Shown here piece after piece: positions 1 to 8,646 of a DNA stretch of 64,000 nt. Position numbers and translations under genes: made by a program. Origin of the DNA: Eubacteriales bacterium (lineage in GTDB: Bacteria; Bacillota; Clostridia; Oscillospirales; CAG-272); contig JAZLIW010000015.1 of assembly GCA_045617585.1 (NCBI GenBank), positions 689 to 64,688 of the forward strand, read 5' to 3'. The notes below the pieces were generated by a model. It had not been told where the DNA came from. It was given only the letters and a program-made list of their open reading frames with translations, and searched no databases. Each line of letters opens with the position of its first letter. Position 1 is the stretch's first letter.

Positions 1-151
1 CGAAGCCGGGTCTTTTCTGACCAAATGCCGGATGCGCGCGAAAAGAAGAAACCGGAAAGAGGCGATAAACTGCCCCTCTCCGGTTTTTCATTTCATGCTC
101 TCGCGTACCGTCTTTACGGATCGACTTGATCCGCCTGCCGAAAGCGGGTTT

Positions 152-1471
152 TTATTTCCCGGAATTGCCTTCGAGTCTTGCGCGGACCATCGCGGCGAGA
201 TCCGAAGCGACCTCGTCGATCCGGTATTCCGGTTTGCCGTACATATAGGTACGGACCGTGTTGTGGAAATCACGGTACCAGTGCTCCGGGATATTGTCGA
301 TCCCGATGCAGGCGCCGACGATGCTGCCGACGGTCGCGCCGGTGCAGTCGTTGTCGAAGCCCATGGCGACCGTTTCGCCGATCGCTTTGGTAAAGTCGCG
401 TCCGCCCAGCCAGATCCCGAAGACGGTGAGGCAGGCGTTGTTGTTCGTATGGATCCGCGCCTGTTCCCCGAAGCGCTTGCAGACGGCGGCAGCCGCCTCG
501 TCCCACGACCGGATCGAGGGACAGGTCTCAAACGCCCATTCCAGATCCTTGTGCAGCGCGCAGTTCTCCGGGATCTCGTTCATGGCGATCCGGAGCGCCT
601 CCATCGGATCGTCGACCGTGAACGCCGCCGCTTCCGCCGCCGCGAAATACATCTCGCCGTAGATCCCGCCGCGCCGATGGCTCAGACGGGCGTCACGGTA
701 TCCGAGCTGCGCCGCGTAATGCGGATCCCCTGCCGCGAAATATGCAAAGCTGTCCGCGCGGATATCGGCACCGATCCACTGGACGTAGGGATTGCGAATT
801 CCGCCCGCTTCCATCGCCGGGACCCCCGCACGGAGATTGTTCAGCGTCACGTGCTCCGCGGTGCAGGCAACGGGAAGGTACTTCTTCCACGCCTCACCGA
901 CGTCCTCGGTCGTGAAATCGGGGCCGTAATCCTTCAGGATCTGATAGCCGAGGAGCGTGTACGTCACGTCGTCGTCGACCGCCGCGCCGTCCACGCTTCC
1001 CTTCTGATAATGGGTGCGCTTGTCCACGCCGTAGTGGACCCCCTCGGGATCGGGGACCGCCGTCCAGTAGTCGGTCGGCGGGAACGGCATCCCGATCCGG
1101 TCCGCGTATTTTTTCAGGTCGGTATAGTGCCAGCCCTCGATCGGCACACCGAGGATGCAGCCGGCAAAGCGGCCCGTCAGCGCGCCGAGCATTCTCTTAT
1201 CCAGATCCCGGATCTCCTTTGCGGGGACATTGCCGCCCTTCGACAGCGCGACGATCCCGTCGTAATCGTCCGGTTCTGCGGCACGGAGAACGGGGTCCCC
1301 AGGCAGAGCTTCCAGCTTTGCCTCCGCGTCCGAGATCGCGCGCTTCAGCTCTTCGATCACGGCAAGCGTTTCTTCCCTCGCGCCGTATTCCCACGACAGC
1401 CACGCGTAATCGTGGAATGAATCGATTTTTTCCCGCAGGGAGCGGTATTCGTCGGCAGGATAATCGTACAT
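152..1471 (-). CDS. ADP-ribosylglycohydrolase family protein (439 aa) with a ~100-aa N-terminal helical extension
   Basis: ORF 152..1471(-). Family-typical motifs GALTGRFAGCILGVPIEGW and GFDNDCTGATVGSIVGA. SD GAGGTGA lies just upstream of the ATG. Confidence 0.85.
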   Translation of the reverse strand: MYDYPADEYRSLREKIDSFHDYAWLSWEYGAREETLAVIEELKRAISDAEAKLEALPGDPVLRAAEPDDYDGIVALSKGGNVPAKEIRDLDKRMLGALTGRFAGCILGVPIEGWHYTDLKKYADRIGMPFPPTDYWTAVPDPEGVHYGVDKRTHYQKGSVDGAAVDDDVTYTLLGYQILKDYGPDFTTEDVGEAWKKYLPVACTAEHVTLNNLRAGVPAMEAGGIRNPYVQWIGADIRADSFAYFAAGDPHYAAQLGYRDARLSHRRGGIYGEMYFAAAEAAAFTVDDPMEALRIAMNEIPENCALHKDLEWAFETCPSIRSWDEAAAAVCKRFGEQARIHTNNNACLTVFGIWLGGRDFTKAIGETVAMGFDNDCTGATVGSIVGACIGIDNIPEHWYRDFHNTVRTYMYGKPEYRIDEVASDLAAMVRARLEGNSGK

Positions 1472-1515
1472 GATCTCACCTCATAAATAAAATTTTCGGT
1501 AACGGTGCTGATCCG

Positions 1516-2538
1516 TCAGACGCGCTCCAGCAGCTCGGAGAGCGTCCTGATCTTCGGAGCGGTATCGGGCGTCGTTTTCGCGTGGAGCAGGGAGCTGATC
1601 ACGCTCTCCTCCACGCTTTCCGCGACCGCGCGGAAGACGGTGTCCATATAGTCCTCGTGCAGATAAGCGGCCTGACAGATCGGGCCGGACGGATAATGAT
1701 TGACACGGTTCGCGGTCGAGAAGCAGACGACGACCTCGCCGCTTCCCGTCCCCGTGATCGTTCCGGTCCGCGCGAGCCCGTTCTGCGCGCGCCGGGAAAC
1801 GCGCCCGAGCTGTCTGGAGGAGAGCGGAAGATCCGTCGCGACGATCGTGATGACCGATCCCCGGTCGGGGGACGGCAATCCGGCAAACTCTTTCCCGATC
1901 GGCCGCCCCGCGATCCGGAGATCCCGAAGCGCGCCGAAATTGGTCAGGACGAGCGTGCCGAGCGTGTATTCGTTCCCGCCCGCGTCGATCCGCCGGGAGG
2001 AGGAGCCGATGCCGCCTTTGAGCCCGTAGCACCGCATTCCCGTTCCCGCGCCCACGGCGCCCTCTTCAAATTCCCCGTCCGCGGCGCGCAGCGCCTCGAA
2101 CGCGTGACGTTCCTCCACGTGCATCCCGCGGATATCGTTCAGTCCGCCGTCGTTGCACTCCAGCACGAGAGGGTTGACGGTCCCGGTCGTAACGCCGATA
2201 TCCGGGTTGTCCTCGAGCATATACCGGATCAGAGCGGTGGAGACCGTCCCCACGGAGAGCGTGTTCGTCAGAAGAATGGGCGTCTCAAGTGTCCCGAGCT
2301 CCCGGATCTGCATCAGCCCCGCGCTTTTGCCGAAACCGTTGATCACGTGGACTGCCGCGAAGCACTTGCTGCGGAAGCAGTTGCCCGGATGCGGAACAAT
2401 CGCGGTCACGCCCGTCTGGATCTTTCCGTCCTGCAGTGTGCAGTGTCCCACTGTCACGCCGGGAACGTCGGTAATCAGGTCCCGTTCTCCTTTTTTCATC
2501 GTTCCGAATTCCCATCCGTATTCTCTGCCGATTCCCAT
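1516..2538 (-). CDS. P1/S58 family peptidase (DmpA-like L-aminopeptidase/D-esterase)
   Basis: ORF 1516..2538(-). N-terminus KKGERDLITDVPGVTVGHCTL is typical of DmpA/S58 proteins. An alternative start at M14 (2499) is possible. Confidence 0.85.
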   Translation of the reverse strand: MGIGREYGWEFGTMKKGERDLITDVPGVTVGHCTLQDGKIQTGVTAIVPHPGNCFRSKCFAAVHVINGFGKSAGLMQIRELGTLETPILLTNTLSVGTVSTALIRYMLEDNPDIGVTTGTVNPLVLECNDGGLNDIRGMHVEERHAFEALRAADGEFEEGAVGAGTGMRCYGLKGGIGSSSRRIDAGGNEYTLGTLVLTNFGALRDLRIAGRPIGKEFAGLPSPDRGSVITIVATDLPLSSRQLGRVSRRAQNGLARTGTITGTGSGEVVVCFSTANRVNHYPSGPICQAAYLHEDYMDTVFRAVAESVEESVISSLLHAKTTPDTAPKIRTLSELLERV

Positions 2539-2602
2539 ATAGCCGCGTCTTCCCTTCGATCCCGTATTGCCTCATCCGGGTTTCCCGTTGTCTTCTTTCT
2601 GC

Positions 2603-2631
2603 ATTGTATCACATATTTTCCGGGAAAGCAA
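2603..2631 (-). promoter_or_regulatory. sigma-A type promoter for the DmpA-like gene (TTGCTT-17-TACAAT with TGn)
   Basis: The minus strand reads TTGCTT (2631..2626), a 17-nt spacer, then TGATACAAT (-10 at 2608..2603). Confidence 0.6.
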
Positions 2632-2652
2632 CAGTTTTTCACGGTCGGACAG

Positions 2653-2690
2653 CAAAAAGGGGCTGTTGTGCCAACGTGCAACAGACCCTT
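2653..2690 (-). terminator. rho-independent terminator after the lipoprotein gene
   Basis: The minus strand reads GGGTCTGTTG-N10-CAACAGCCCC followed by TTTTT. It lies directly downstream of the stop at 2699. Confidence 0.7.
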
Positions 2691-2698
2691 TTATCAAT

Positions 2699-3265
2699 TC
2701 ATCGAAAATCGCCCTGTTCCGGCAGCAGATCCTCCGTGATCCGTATCACCGTTACGCTGCCCGACGGATCGAACGTGACAGTCAGGACCGTGCCGACCGT
2801 CACTTCGGTCAGGTCGGCAGAAACGTCCGCACCGTTCTGCGTTTTTCTGAGGGCACTGTTATCGCCGATCGTCAGGATCCCCGTGATCGTGTTCACCCCG
2901 GCTTCACCGCCAGGTCCCGGCTCCGGGAATGACGACGGTTCCCCCGGGATCCCTCCCGTTTCTCCTTCCGGAAGCCCCGGCAATTCCCCTTCCATCTTGC
3001 CTCCCGGTCCTTCTCCGATCTCCCCCTCCGGCATCGGGGGCAGTTCTCCGTCCGGCGGCGTCATACCGTCTCCCGGGATCCCCTCTCCTTCCCGCATTCC
3101 GTTCAGGAAAGCCACGGTCAGTTCCTTCCCGTTAACCGATTCGACTCTTGCACGGACCTCGCACGAGACGAATCTGACCGTATTTTCCTTCTTTCCTTCA
3201 CATCCGTAAAAGAAAGCGGAGACCGCGGCGAGCACCGCGAGAAAAATGCAAAACGTTCTTTTCAT
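2699..3265 (-). CDS. G/P/E-rich lipoprotein, function unknown
   Basis: ORF 2699..3265(-). Signal peptide plus lipobox MKRTFCIFLAVLAAVSAFFYGC. Central low-complexity GE(L/I)P-type region. SD AAAGGA upstream. Confidence 0.7.
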   Translation of the reverse strand: MKRTFCIFLAVLAAVSAFFYGCEGKKENTVRFVSCEVRARVESVNGKELTVAFLNGMREGEGIPGDGMTPPDGELPPMPEGEIGEGPGGKMEGELPGLPEGETGGIPGEPSSFPEPGPGGEAGVNTITGILTIGDNSALRKTQNGADVSADLTEVTVGTVLTVTFDPSGSVTVIRITEDLLPEQGDFR

Positions 3266-3290
3266 TGCCGTTCATCCTTTCTTCTATCCG

Positions 3291-5360
3291 TTATTCCGCC
3301 GAGAACGAGGCGTCCGGCGCGCCGAGAAAGATCACGAGCGCCGAAAGCGCGCAGGGCATCTGCACCGACGTCACCGTCTCGCCGCCGGCCCTGACCGAAA
3401 GCGTCTGCCCGCTCCGAAGCGAAAGATTCGTTTTGGAAGCGACCGACGTAAAGTCCCGGCATCTCGCTGCTTCGCTTCCCATGCCGCCGGAGGGGCAAAT
3501 CGCAAGCACACTGCCGCCGGTATAGGCGTAACCCTGTTCGGTATCGATCGAGGAATTTCCGTTTGACGTGCTGATGACGGTCACTTCCCCGCCCGCGAAT
3601 ACGATCCCCTGATAGGACGTGCGGCTGTTTGAATCGATCCCGTCGCCGCCCGCGTAAACGTACAGCGTTCCGCCGCTGACCGTCACGCCGGTGCCGCTCG
3701 TCGCCGTCGCGTTGATCCCGTCGTCCTTCGAGGTGATCGAAATATCACCGCCTTCGATCACGACGGTCGTTCCCTCGAGACCCTCGTAGCTGCTTTCCAC
3801 GAGGATCACGCCGCCCGTCACCTTCAGCGTCCCGTCCGCATGGATGGCGTCGTCGGCGGAATACAGCCTGAGCGATCCGCCGCTGACCGTCACATCTCCG
3901 GTCGGCTCCTCTCCGTTTTCAAGAGCGGTATCCCGGTTCGCGTGGAGCGCGTCGTCGTAGGACCTGACGGATACCGTTCCGCCCGTAACGAGGATCTCAC
4001 AGCCCGCCTTGATGCCCTTGGCGGAATGATCCGATTTGTCCGTATTCCCTTCCGCCATGCCGCCCGGGCCCCCGCCCCCCGGACCGCCTCCGGGGCCCCG
4101 GCCCTGTCCGCCGCCGTTCTGAGGCTCCGTGGAAAAATTCGTCCAGCCGCAGGAAAGAGACCGCCCGTTTTGCGTGAGCGCGAAGGTATCGTAGGCGGTA
4201 TTCCACGTCATCAGCTCGGAGCAGACGAGATAATCCTCATCCTGCCCCTGCTTCTGCGCGGAGGAATAGATATAGAACTGCACTTTTTCGTATCCCGTTT
4301 CTTTCGGGACGGAATAATAATAGTAGGCGCCGCGTCCCGCATTCACGCTCGTATGATACGATGCGTTGACCCAGATAAAATCGGTATCGTCGTTATAATA
4401 CTTCACCGAATAGGAATAATCCTTCGAGGTGAAGCGGATATAATATTGATCCTCGTCCACCGCCGTCACCTCTCCCGAATAGGGCGAATATTTGTCGGTA
4501 TAGACGTTCAGGATCGTATCCTCGCCGATCTCCGCGCGATACGCCGCGTCGATCCCGTCGCAGGCGGCGTAAATATCGACCGCGCAGCCGGTCAGCGTGA
4601 CACTTCCGCGCTGATTTCCTTTGGTTGATACGTCGGTCGCCGTCGTTTTGATCCCGTCGCCGGTGCGGGCGATCAGCGTCAGGGTGCCGCCTTCCGCCGT
4701 GGCGCCGTCGTTCCCCTTGAGGGCGTTGTCCTCGCAGGTGACGGAAAGCGTCAGATTTTTGATCTTCAGCCCGTCCCCGGAATGGATCCCGTTGTTCGCG
4801 GACGAAACGACGGTCAATTCCCCCTTGCCGCCGATATCGAGATCGCATTCGGCATAGACGGCGGCCTTGTGAAGAGCGTCGTCGGTGACCGCCTCCCTCG
4901 TATCGTAAATAAAGTTGACCGTGTCCTTTTTTGCCGTCAGCGTGACCTTGTCGCCGGACAGAACCGTGATCGGACTGTCCGAAGAGCACCAGAGCGTGAG
5001 GCCCCGCATTTCCAGTTCAAACCGATAATCACCGGCATCGATCACGACGGCTCCGTCGTATTCGCCGGAAACGGTGCAGACCGTATCGGCGTCCATTCCC
5101 GAAAACCGCAGAACGCCGTTCTCAAACGTCCAGCAGCCGTCCGTTCCCTCGATGCAGGAGATCTCAAGCGTATTCACGCCCTCCTCCGGCTTCTCCGGGA
5201 TCTCCGTTTTCTCCGTTCCGACCTCGGGCGCCGTCACGACCGGCTCTTTCTCTCCTTGCGTTTCGCCCGTTCCGGGCGCGTCCGGGCGGACCCGGCAGGA
5301 TACCGCAAACGAAGCAGTCAGACATACTATCAAAAGCAGTGCAGCGATCCTTTTCATCAT
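3291..5360 (-). CDS. Cthe_2159-like (DUF4353) carbohydrate-binding beta-helix lipoprotein
   Basis: ORF 3291..5390(-). The likely start is MMKRIAALLLIVCLTASFAVSC (lipobox) at 5360, with SD GGAGA. Repeated DDA(I/L)HA / GDGI(K/D)S beta-helix motifs and an internal poly-Gly/Pro stretch. Confidence 0.75.
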   Translation of the reverse strand: MMKRIAALLLIVCLTASFAVSCRVRPDAPGTGETQGEKEPVVTAPEVGTEKTEIPEKPEEGVNTLEISCIEGTDGCWTFENGVLRFSGMDADTVCTVSGEYDGAVVIDAGDYRFELEMRGLTLWCSSDSPITVLSGDKVTLTAKKDTVNFIYDTREAVTDDALHKAAVYAECDLDIGGKGELTVVSSANNGIHSGDGLKIKNLTLSVTCEDNALKGNDGATAEGGTLTLIARTGDGIKTTATDVSTKGNQRGSVTLTGCAVDIYAACDGIDAAYRAEIGEDTILNVYTDKYSPYSGEVTAVDEDQYYIRFTSKDYSYSVKYYNDDTDFIWVNASYHTSVNAGRGAYYYYSVPKETGYEKVQFYIYSSAQKQGQDEDYLVCSELMTWNTAYDTFALTQNGRSLSCGWTNFSTEPQNGGGQGRGPGGGPGGGGPGGMAEGNTDKSDHSAKGIKAGCEILVTGGTVSVRSYDDALHANRDTALENGEEPTGDVTVSGGSLRLYSADDAIHADGTLKVTGGVILVESSYEGLEGTTVVIEGGDISITSKDDGINATATSGTGVTVSGGTLYVYAGGDGIDSNSRTSYQGIVFAGGEVTVISTSNGNSSIDTEQGYAYTGGSVLAICPSGGMGSEAARCRDFTSVASKTNLSLRSGQTLSVRAGGETVTSVQMPCALSALVIFLGAPDASFSAE

Positions 5361-5406
5361 TTCTCCATCTCGTCGTATCGTTCCGATCAATTGCCGATGT
5401 GAACCG

Positions 5407-7791
5407 TTAACCGAGCTTTACGGTCCGTTCCCTGCCGTCGTAATCGACGGAGGCGCTTCCGCCGCCGATCGCGCGGATCTCAAGCTTCCGGCAGACGCAC
5501 ATCCCCGGGAAAGAGCCGCGGCGGTCGGAGACCGTGAGCGTCCGGGCAGCGTCGTTCCAGACGAGATCGACCTCGGCGTACGCGCCCGACTCGTATCCGT
5601 AGCCGTCGCCCTCGTCCTCATAGAGGGTGAACGTCCCGTCGGCACCCGGATATACGGTAATAAAATAGGGCGCATCCTTCTTTTCGTCGACGTACTGCAT
5701 GACCTCAACCGTGGGCAGCACGCTGCCCGCGCGGACGAAGAGCGGCATGGAGTCGATCGGCGTATCCGCGGTCACAGTCTGTCCGCCCGCGAACCGTTCC
5801 TCGGTCCAGAAGTCGTACCAATCGGTCCCGGCAGGGAGATAGACGTCCTTCGTGCGGGGGACATCGTTCAGCGGCGTGTCCGCGCCCTCGTAATACATCG
5901 GCTTCGTCACCGGATTGACCAGCAGGGACCGCCCGAACAGATAGGCGTCGGCGCCCTGCGCCAGCGCTTCCGGATCGGAGGCAAAGTCGAACGCCGGAAG
6001 CCGCAGGAAGGAGGCGGCGTTCTTCGTGACCTGCCATGCGGTAGAATAAATATAGGGCATCAGGCGGTAGCGCAGCCCGATAAACTTTTTGATGCTCTCG
6101 TAGAACGGTTCCCCCTCGTCGCCGAACGCCCAGATCTCCCGCGGAAATCCGGTCCCGTGGGACCGCATGACGGGCAGGAAGCAGCCGAACTGGATCCAGC
6201 GGGTGTAAAGCTCCCGATACCCCGGCTCCCGATTCGAGTGATACGGGACGTGGGCGTTATACTTCGCATCGCCGTGATGGGGGAAGAAGCCGCCGATGTC
6301 CAGCGTCCAGTAGGGCAGCCCGGACACGGAATAGGACAGCCCCTCCGCGATCTGACGGCGCATTTCATCATAGGAAGCGCCGATGTCGCCGCTCCAGACG
6401 ATGCCGCTGTAACGCTGCTGCCCGGCATAGGAGGAGCGGGTCAGGGTAACGACACGCTTTTCGGAGGTCTCCTGCCGCTGATGCTCGTATACGCCCTTGG
6501 AATGGAGCAGGGAATAGACGTTGATGCGGGAGGAATCCATCCATTTCCGATAGACCGGAAGGGTGATCTCCTTCATCTGATCGAGCTCACTGTAACTGCC
6601 GTAGCCCGGTTCAAAGGGCTCGCTGGAGTCGCACCACCAGGCGTCGAAGCCGTGGCGGAAGATGCCGCGGCTCAGCTGGCCCCAGTAGGTCTCCCGTGCC
6701 GCGGGATCGAAGACGTTCAGCGTTCCGCCGCCCCCGAAGGTCGCGTTCACCGCCAAAAGCTGGTTCTTATCCGCCAGTTCCCGGTAGTTGTCCCCGCCCG
6801 CCGTGTTGGGCCAGACGGAGATCATGACGTGCGCGTGGTTCCGGTGGATCTCGTCGCACATTCCCGTGGGATCCGGGTAGCGGGAGGCGTCGAAGGATTT
6901 GTCGCTCCACGTTCCGGGCAGCCAGTAGTTCCAGTCCTGCACGATCAGATCGAGCGGGACCCTGCGGCGGCGGTATTCCTTCAGCACGCCGAGCACCTCG
7001 TCCTGCGTGCAGTAGCGTTCTTTGGACTGCGCGTAGCCGAACAGCCACTTCGGCATCATCGGCACGCCGCCCGTGAGGAACCGGAAATCCGCGATCGCGT
7101 CGTCCGGTCTTTCGGTCGCAAGGAAGAACCAGTCGCCCGCTTCCACGGGATCGGTATGGAACGTGGTGCCGAATTCGTCCCGGCGGAAGGAGGAAAACGC
7201 CTCGGTATTCACGAAAACGCCGTAACCGAGAGAGGAAACGAACATGGGCACGGGCGCGGTATTGTTCTGCTGATAGAGGAAGGAGGCGGTGCCGCGGCGG
7301 TCAAGCTCGCCGGACACGTTCTGCCCGAGGCCGTAGATCCGCTCGCCCCGTTTGAAATCGAACGAGATCCAGAAGCGGTATCCCGGGCGCTCGTCCACGC
7401 GGACCTGCTTCAGCTTCTTCCGGTCTTCGGGATCGGTGATCCAGACCGGGCCGGTGACGGTCGTATCCCGGAGCTGCATCCCGAGCGGCGCGAGGGCACA
7501 GATCTCCTTCCCGTCCCGCAAAAAGCGCAATCCGAAGACCGCCCGGCGGACGACAAGCGCCGCAGAGCCGGCAGAAAACGTGACCTCCGTCTCGGTTTCG
7601 GTGACCGCAAGGCCGTTCCCCCGCGGGGAGGCGACGACCAGATCCCCCTTCGGCAGACGGTCGCCCGGTTCTCCCCGGACGCAGGTCAGGCGCAGAATGC
7701 GGGGAGACCACGCTTCCAAGCGGAGACTGATCCCCTCGTCGGTCTCAAGGATCGCACCGAATTCGCAGGGACGAAAACGCTGTAATTTCAT
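5407..7791 (-). CDS. glycoside hydrolase family 31 (alpha-xylosidase/alpha-glucosidase-like), cytoplasmic
   Basis: ORF 5407..7791(-), 794 aa. Motifs DLIVQDWNYW, HVMISVWP, FDAWWCDSSEP and VWSGDI. No signal peptide. SD AAAAGGAG. Confidence 0.9.
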   Translation of the reverse strand: MKLQRFRPCEFGAILETDEGISLRLEAWSPRILRLTCVRGEPGDRLPKGDLVVASPRGNGLAVTETETEVTFSAGSAALVVRRAVFGLRFLRDGKEICALAPLGMQLRDTTVTGPVWITDPEDRKKLKQVRVDERPGYRFWISFDFKRGERIYGLGQNVSGELDRRGTASFLYQQNNTAPVPMFVSSLGYGVFVNTEAFSSFRRDEFGTTFHTDPVEAGDWFFLATERPDDAIADFRFLTGGVPMMPKWLFGYAQSKERYCTQDEVLGVLKEYRRRRVPLDLIVQDWNYWLPGTWSDKSFDASRYPDPTGMCDEIHRNHAHVMISVWPNTAGGDNYRELADKNQLLAVNATFGGGGTLNVFDPAARETYWGQLSRGIFRHGFDAWWCDSSEPFEPGYGSYSELDQMKEITLPVYRKWMDSSRINVYSLLHSKGVYEHQRQETSEKRVVTLTRSSYAGQQRYSGIVWSGDIGASYDEMRRQIAEGLSYSVSGLPYWTLDIGGFFPHHGDAKYNAHVPYHSNREPGYRELYTRWIQFGCFLPVMRSHGTGFPREIWAFGDEGEPFYESIKKFIGLRYRLMPYIYSTAWQVTKNAASFLRLPAFDFASDPEALAQGADAYLFGRSLLVNPVTKPMYYEGADTPLNDVPRTKDVYLPAGTDWYDFWTEERFAGGQTVTADTPIDSMPLFVRAGSVLPTVEVMQYVDEKKDAPYFITVYPGADGTFTLYEDEGDGYGYESGAYAEVDLVWNDAARTLTVSDRRGSFPGMCVCRKLEIRAIGGGSASVDYDGRERTVKLG

Positions 7792-7869
7792 AACGGTTGG
7801 CTCCTTTTTGAAAAATCAAACCATCGGTATATTGTACTTCTCCGAAAGCCGCCGAATTCATCAATGGTT

Positions 7870-7898
7870 ATTATACTATGAATCCGGTCGTTTGTAAA
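7870..7898 (-). promoter_or_regulatory. sigma-A type promoter for GH31 (TTTACA-17-TATAAT)
   Basis: The minus strand reads TTTACA (7898..7893), a 17-nt spacer, then TATAAT (7875..7870). Confidence 0.65.
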
Positions 7899-7940
7899 GA
7901 CGACGTGTGATCAGTCGGAGCGGGTATTGCTGATTTTTTG

Positions 7941-8086
7941 GTGAAATACAAGTGAAATCATCCAGCTCCTCAGAATGTGAAATGATGATCCCCGGCGTTG
8001 CCGGCACGCCCGCAGGCATTTCACACGCCGCAGGCGTATTTCACGTGCGAAGCGCATTTCACAAATCCCGCACGGGATTTATTTCG
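7941..8086. repeat. heptamer array: 3x GTGAAAT followed by 3x ATTTCAC (plus a degenerate ATTTCG), each ATTTCAC followed by a short GC hairpin
   Basis: GTGAAAT at 7941, 7952 and 7977. ATTTCAC at 8018, 8038 and 8056. ATTTCG at 8081. Hairpins are ACGCC-GCA-GGCGT (8025-8037), TGCG-AAG-CGCA (8046-8056), AAATCCCG-CA-CGGGATTT (8063-8080) and CCGGC-GTT-GCCGG (7992-8004). Confidence 0.8.
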
Positions 8087-8088
8087 TT

Positions 8089-8120
8089 GAAAAAAGCACT
8101 TCTTGCGAAGTGCTTTTTTC
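8089..8120. terminator. bidirectional rho-independent terminator immediately 3' of the tRNA
   Basis: AAGCACTTC-TTGC-GAAGTGCTT stem-loop (8094-8115), flanked by an A-run upstream and a T-run downstream. Confidence 0.8.
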
Positions 8121-8197
8121 TGGTGGGCCATCAAGGACTCGAACCTTGGACCAACCGGTTATGAGCCGGTAGCTCTGACCAACTGAGCTAATGGCCC
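8121..8197 (-). tRNA. tRNA with CAU anticodon (elongator Met, or Ile2 read via lysidine)
   Basis: The reverse complement folds as a cloverleaf: GGGCCAT/TA/GCTC-AGTTGGTCA-GAGC/T/ACCGG-CTCATAA-CCGGT/TGGTC/CAAGG-TTCGAGT-CCTTG/ATGGCCC/A/CCA. The CCA end is encoded. Confidence 0.9.
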
Positions 8198-8299
8198 GCT
8201 GGGCGGTTATGTATCACGGCGGCGGCTTGTCAACCGCGCGCCGGAAAAAGAGAGCCGCGGCGCAGCGAGGCGCGCGGCATCTCCCTTTGATCGTAATCC

Positions 8300-8551
8300 T
8301 CAGAAGATCCTGCGAAGAATGCCGAGTACGGTCGTCACGGCGCAAAGCGCCCAGATGACCAGCGCGACATCGATCAAAGCCGCAGACTGAGACCCCTTCG
8401 TAGCGAAGTCTGTGTTCTTATCCGGTTCATCGGGCTTCGTAAAATGAAGCGTAAGATCGTAATCCGCTCCGAGGCGCCAGCCGTTCTGCTTCAGATTTTC
8501 GTAGCCGCGCATCAGCTTGCTTTTCCACTCTTTTGCTTTCGGTAACTGCAT
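8300..8551 (-). CDS. small tail-anchored membrane protein, function unknown (83 aa)
   Basis: ORF 8300..8551(-). C-terminal hydrophobic helix AALIDVALVIWALCAVTTVLGIL. It has its own promoter and a downstream hairpin. No recognised family. Confidence 0.5.
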   Translation of the reverse strand: MQLPKAKEWKSKLMRGYENLKQNGWRLGADYDLTLHFTKPDEPDKNTDFATKGSQSAALIDVALVIWALCAVTTVLGILRRIF

Positions 8552-8590
8552 GACTGTTCCCCCGATCCGTTTTTTCGATTAGTTTACCTG

Positions 8591-8619
8591 ATTTTATCAC
8601 ACCTATGCTCCGATATCAA
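8591..8619 (-). promoter_or_regulatory. sigma-A type promoter (TTGATA-17-TAAAAT with TGn) for the small membrane protein
   Basis: The minus strand reads TTGATA (8619..8614), a 17-nt spacer, then TGATAAAAT (-10 at 8596..8591). Confidence 0.6.
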
Positions 8620-8646
8620 GAGGGAAAGATATCTTTTTTGTAAATT

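Noticed and set aside
32-1420. A 462-aa plus-strand ORF at the window start.
   Set aside because: It is antisense to the ADP-ribosylglycohydrolase gene, which carries the family motifs. The composition is typical of GC3 antisense artefacts.
7941-8086. The possibility that the repeat array is a CRISPR array.
   Set aside because: The repeats are only 7 nt long, are irregularly spaced (11-42 nt) and occur in both orientations. No cas genes are in the window.
7952-8164. A 70-aa ORF across the heptamer array.
   Set aside because: It runs through the terminator hairpin and into the tRNA gene on the opposite strand. It has no SD. Its periodic FH residues simply reflect translation of the ATTTCAC repeats.
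7792-8197. An integrative element inserted at the tRNA 3' end.
   Set aside because: No integrase, excisionase or phage/ICE genes lie nearby. By eye I found no second copy of the tRNA 3' segment in the window. This was not an exhaustive computational search.
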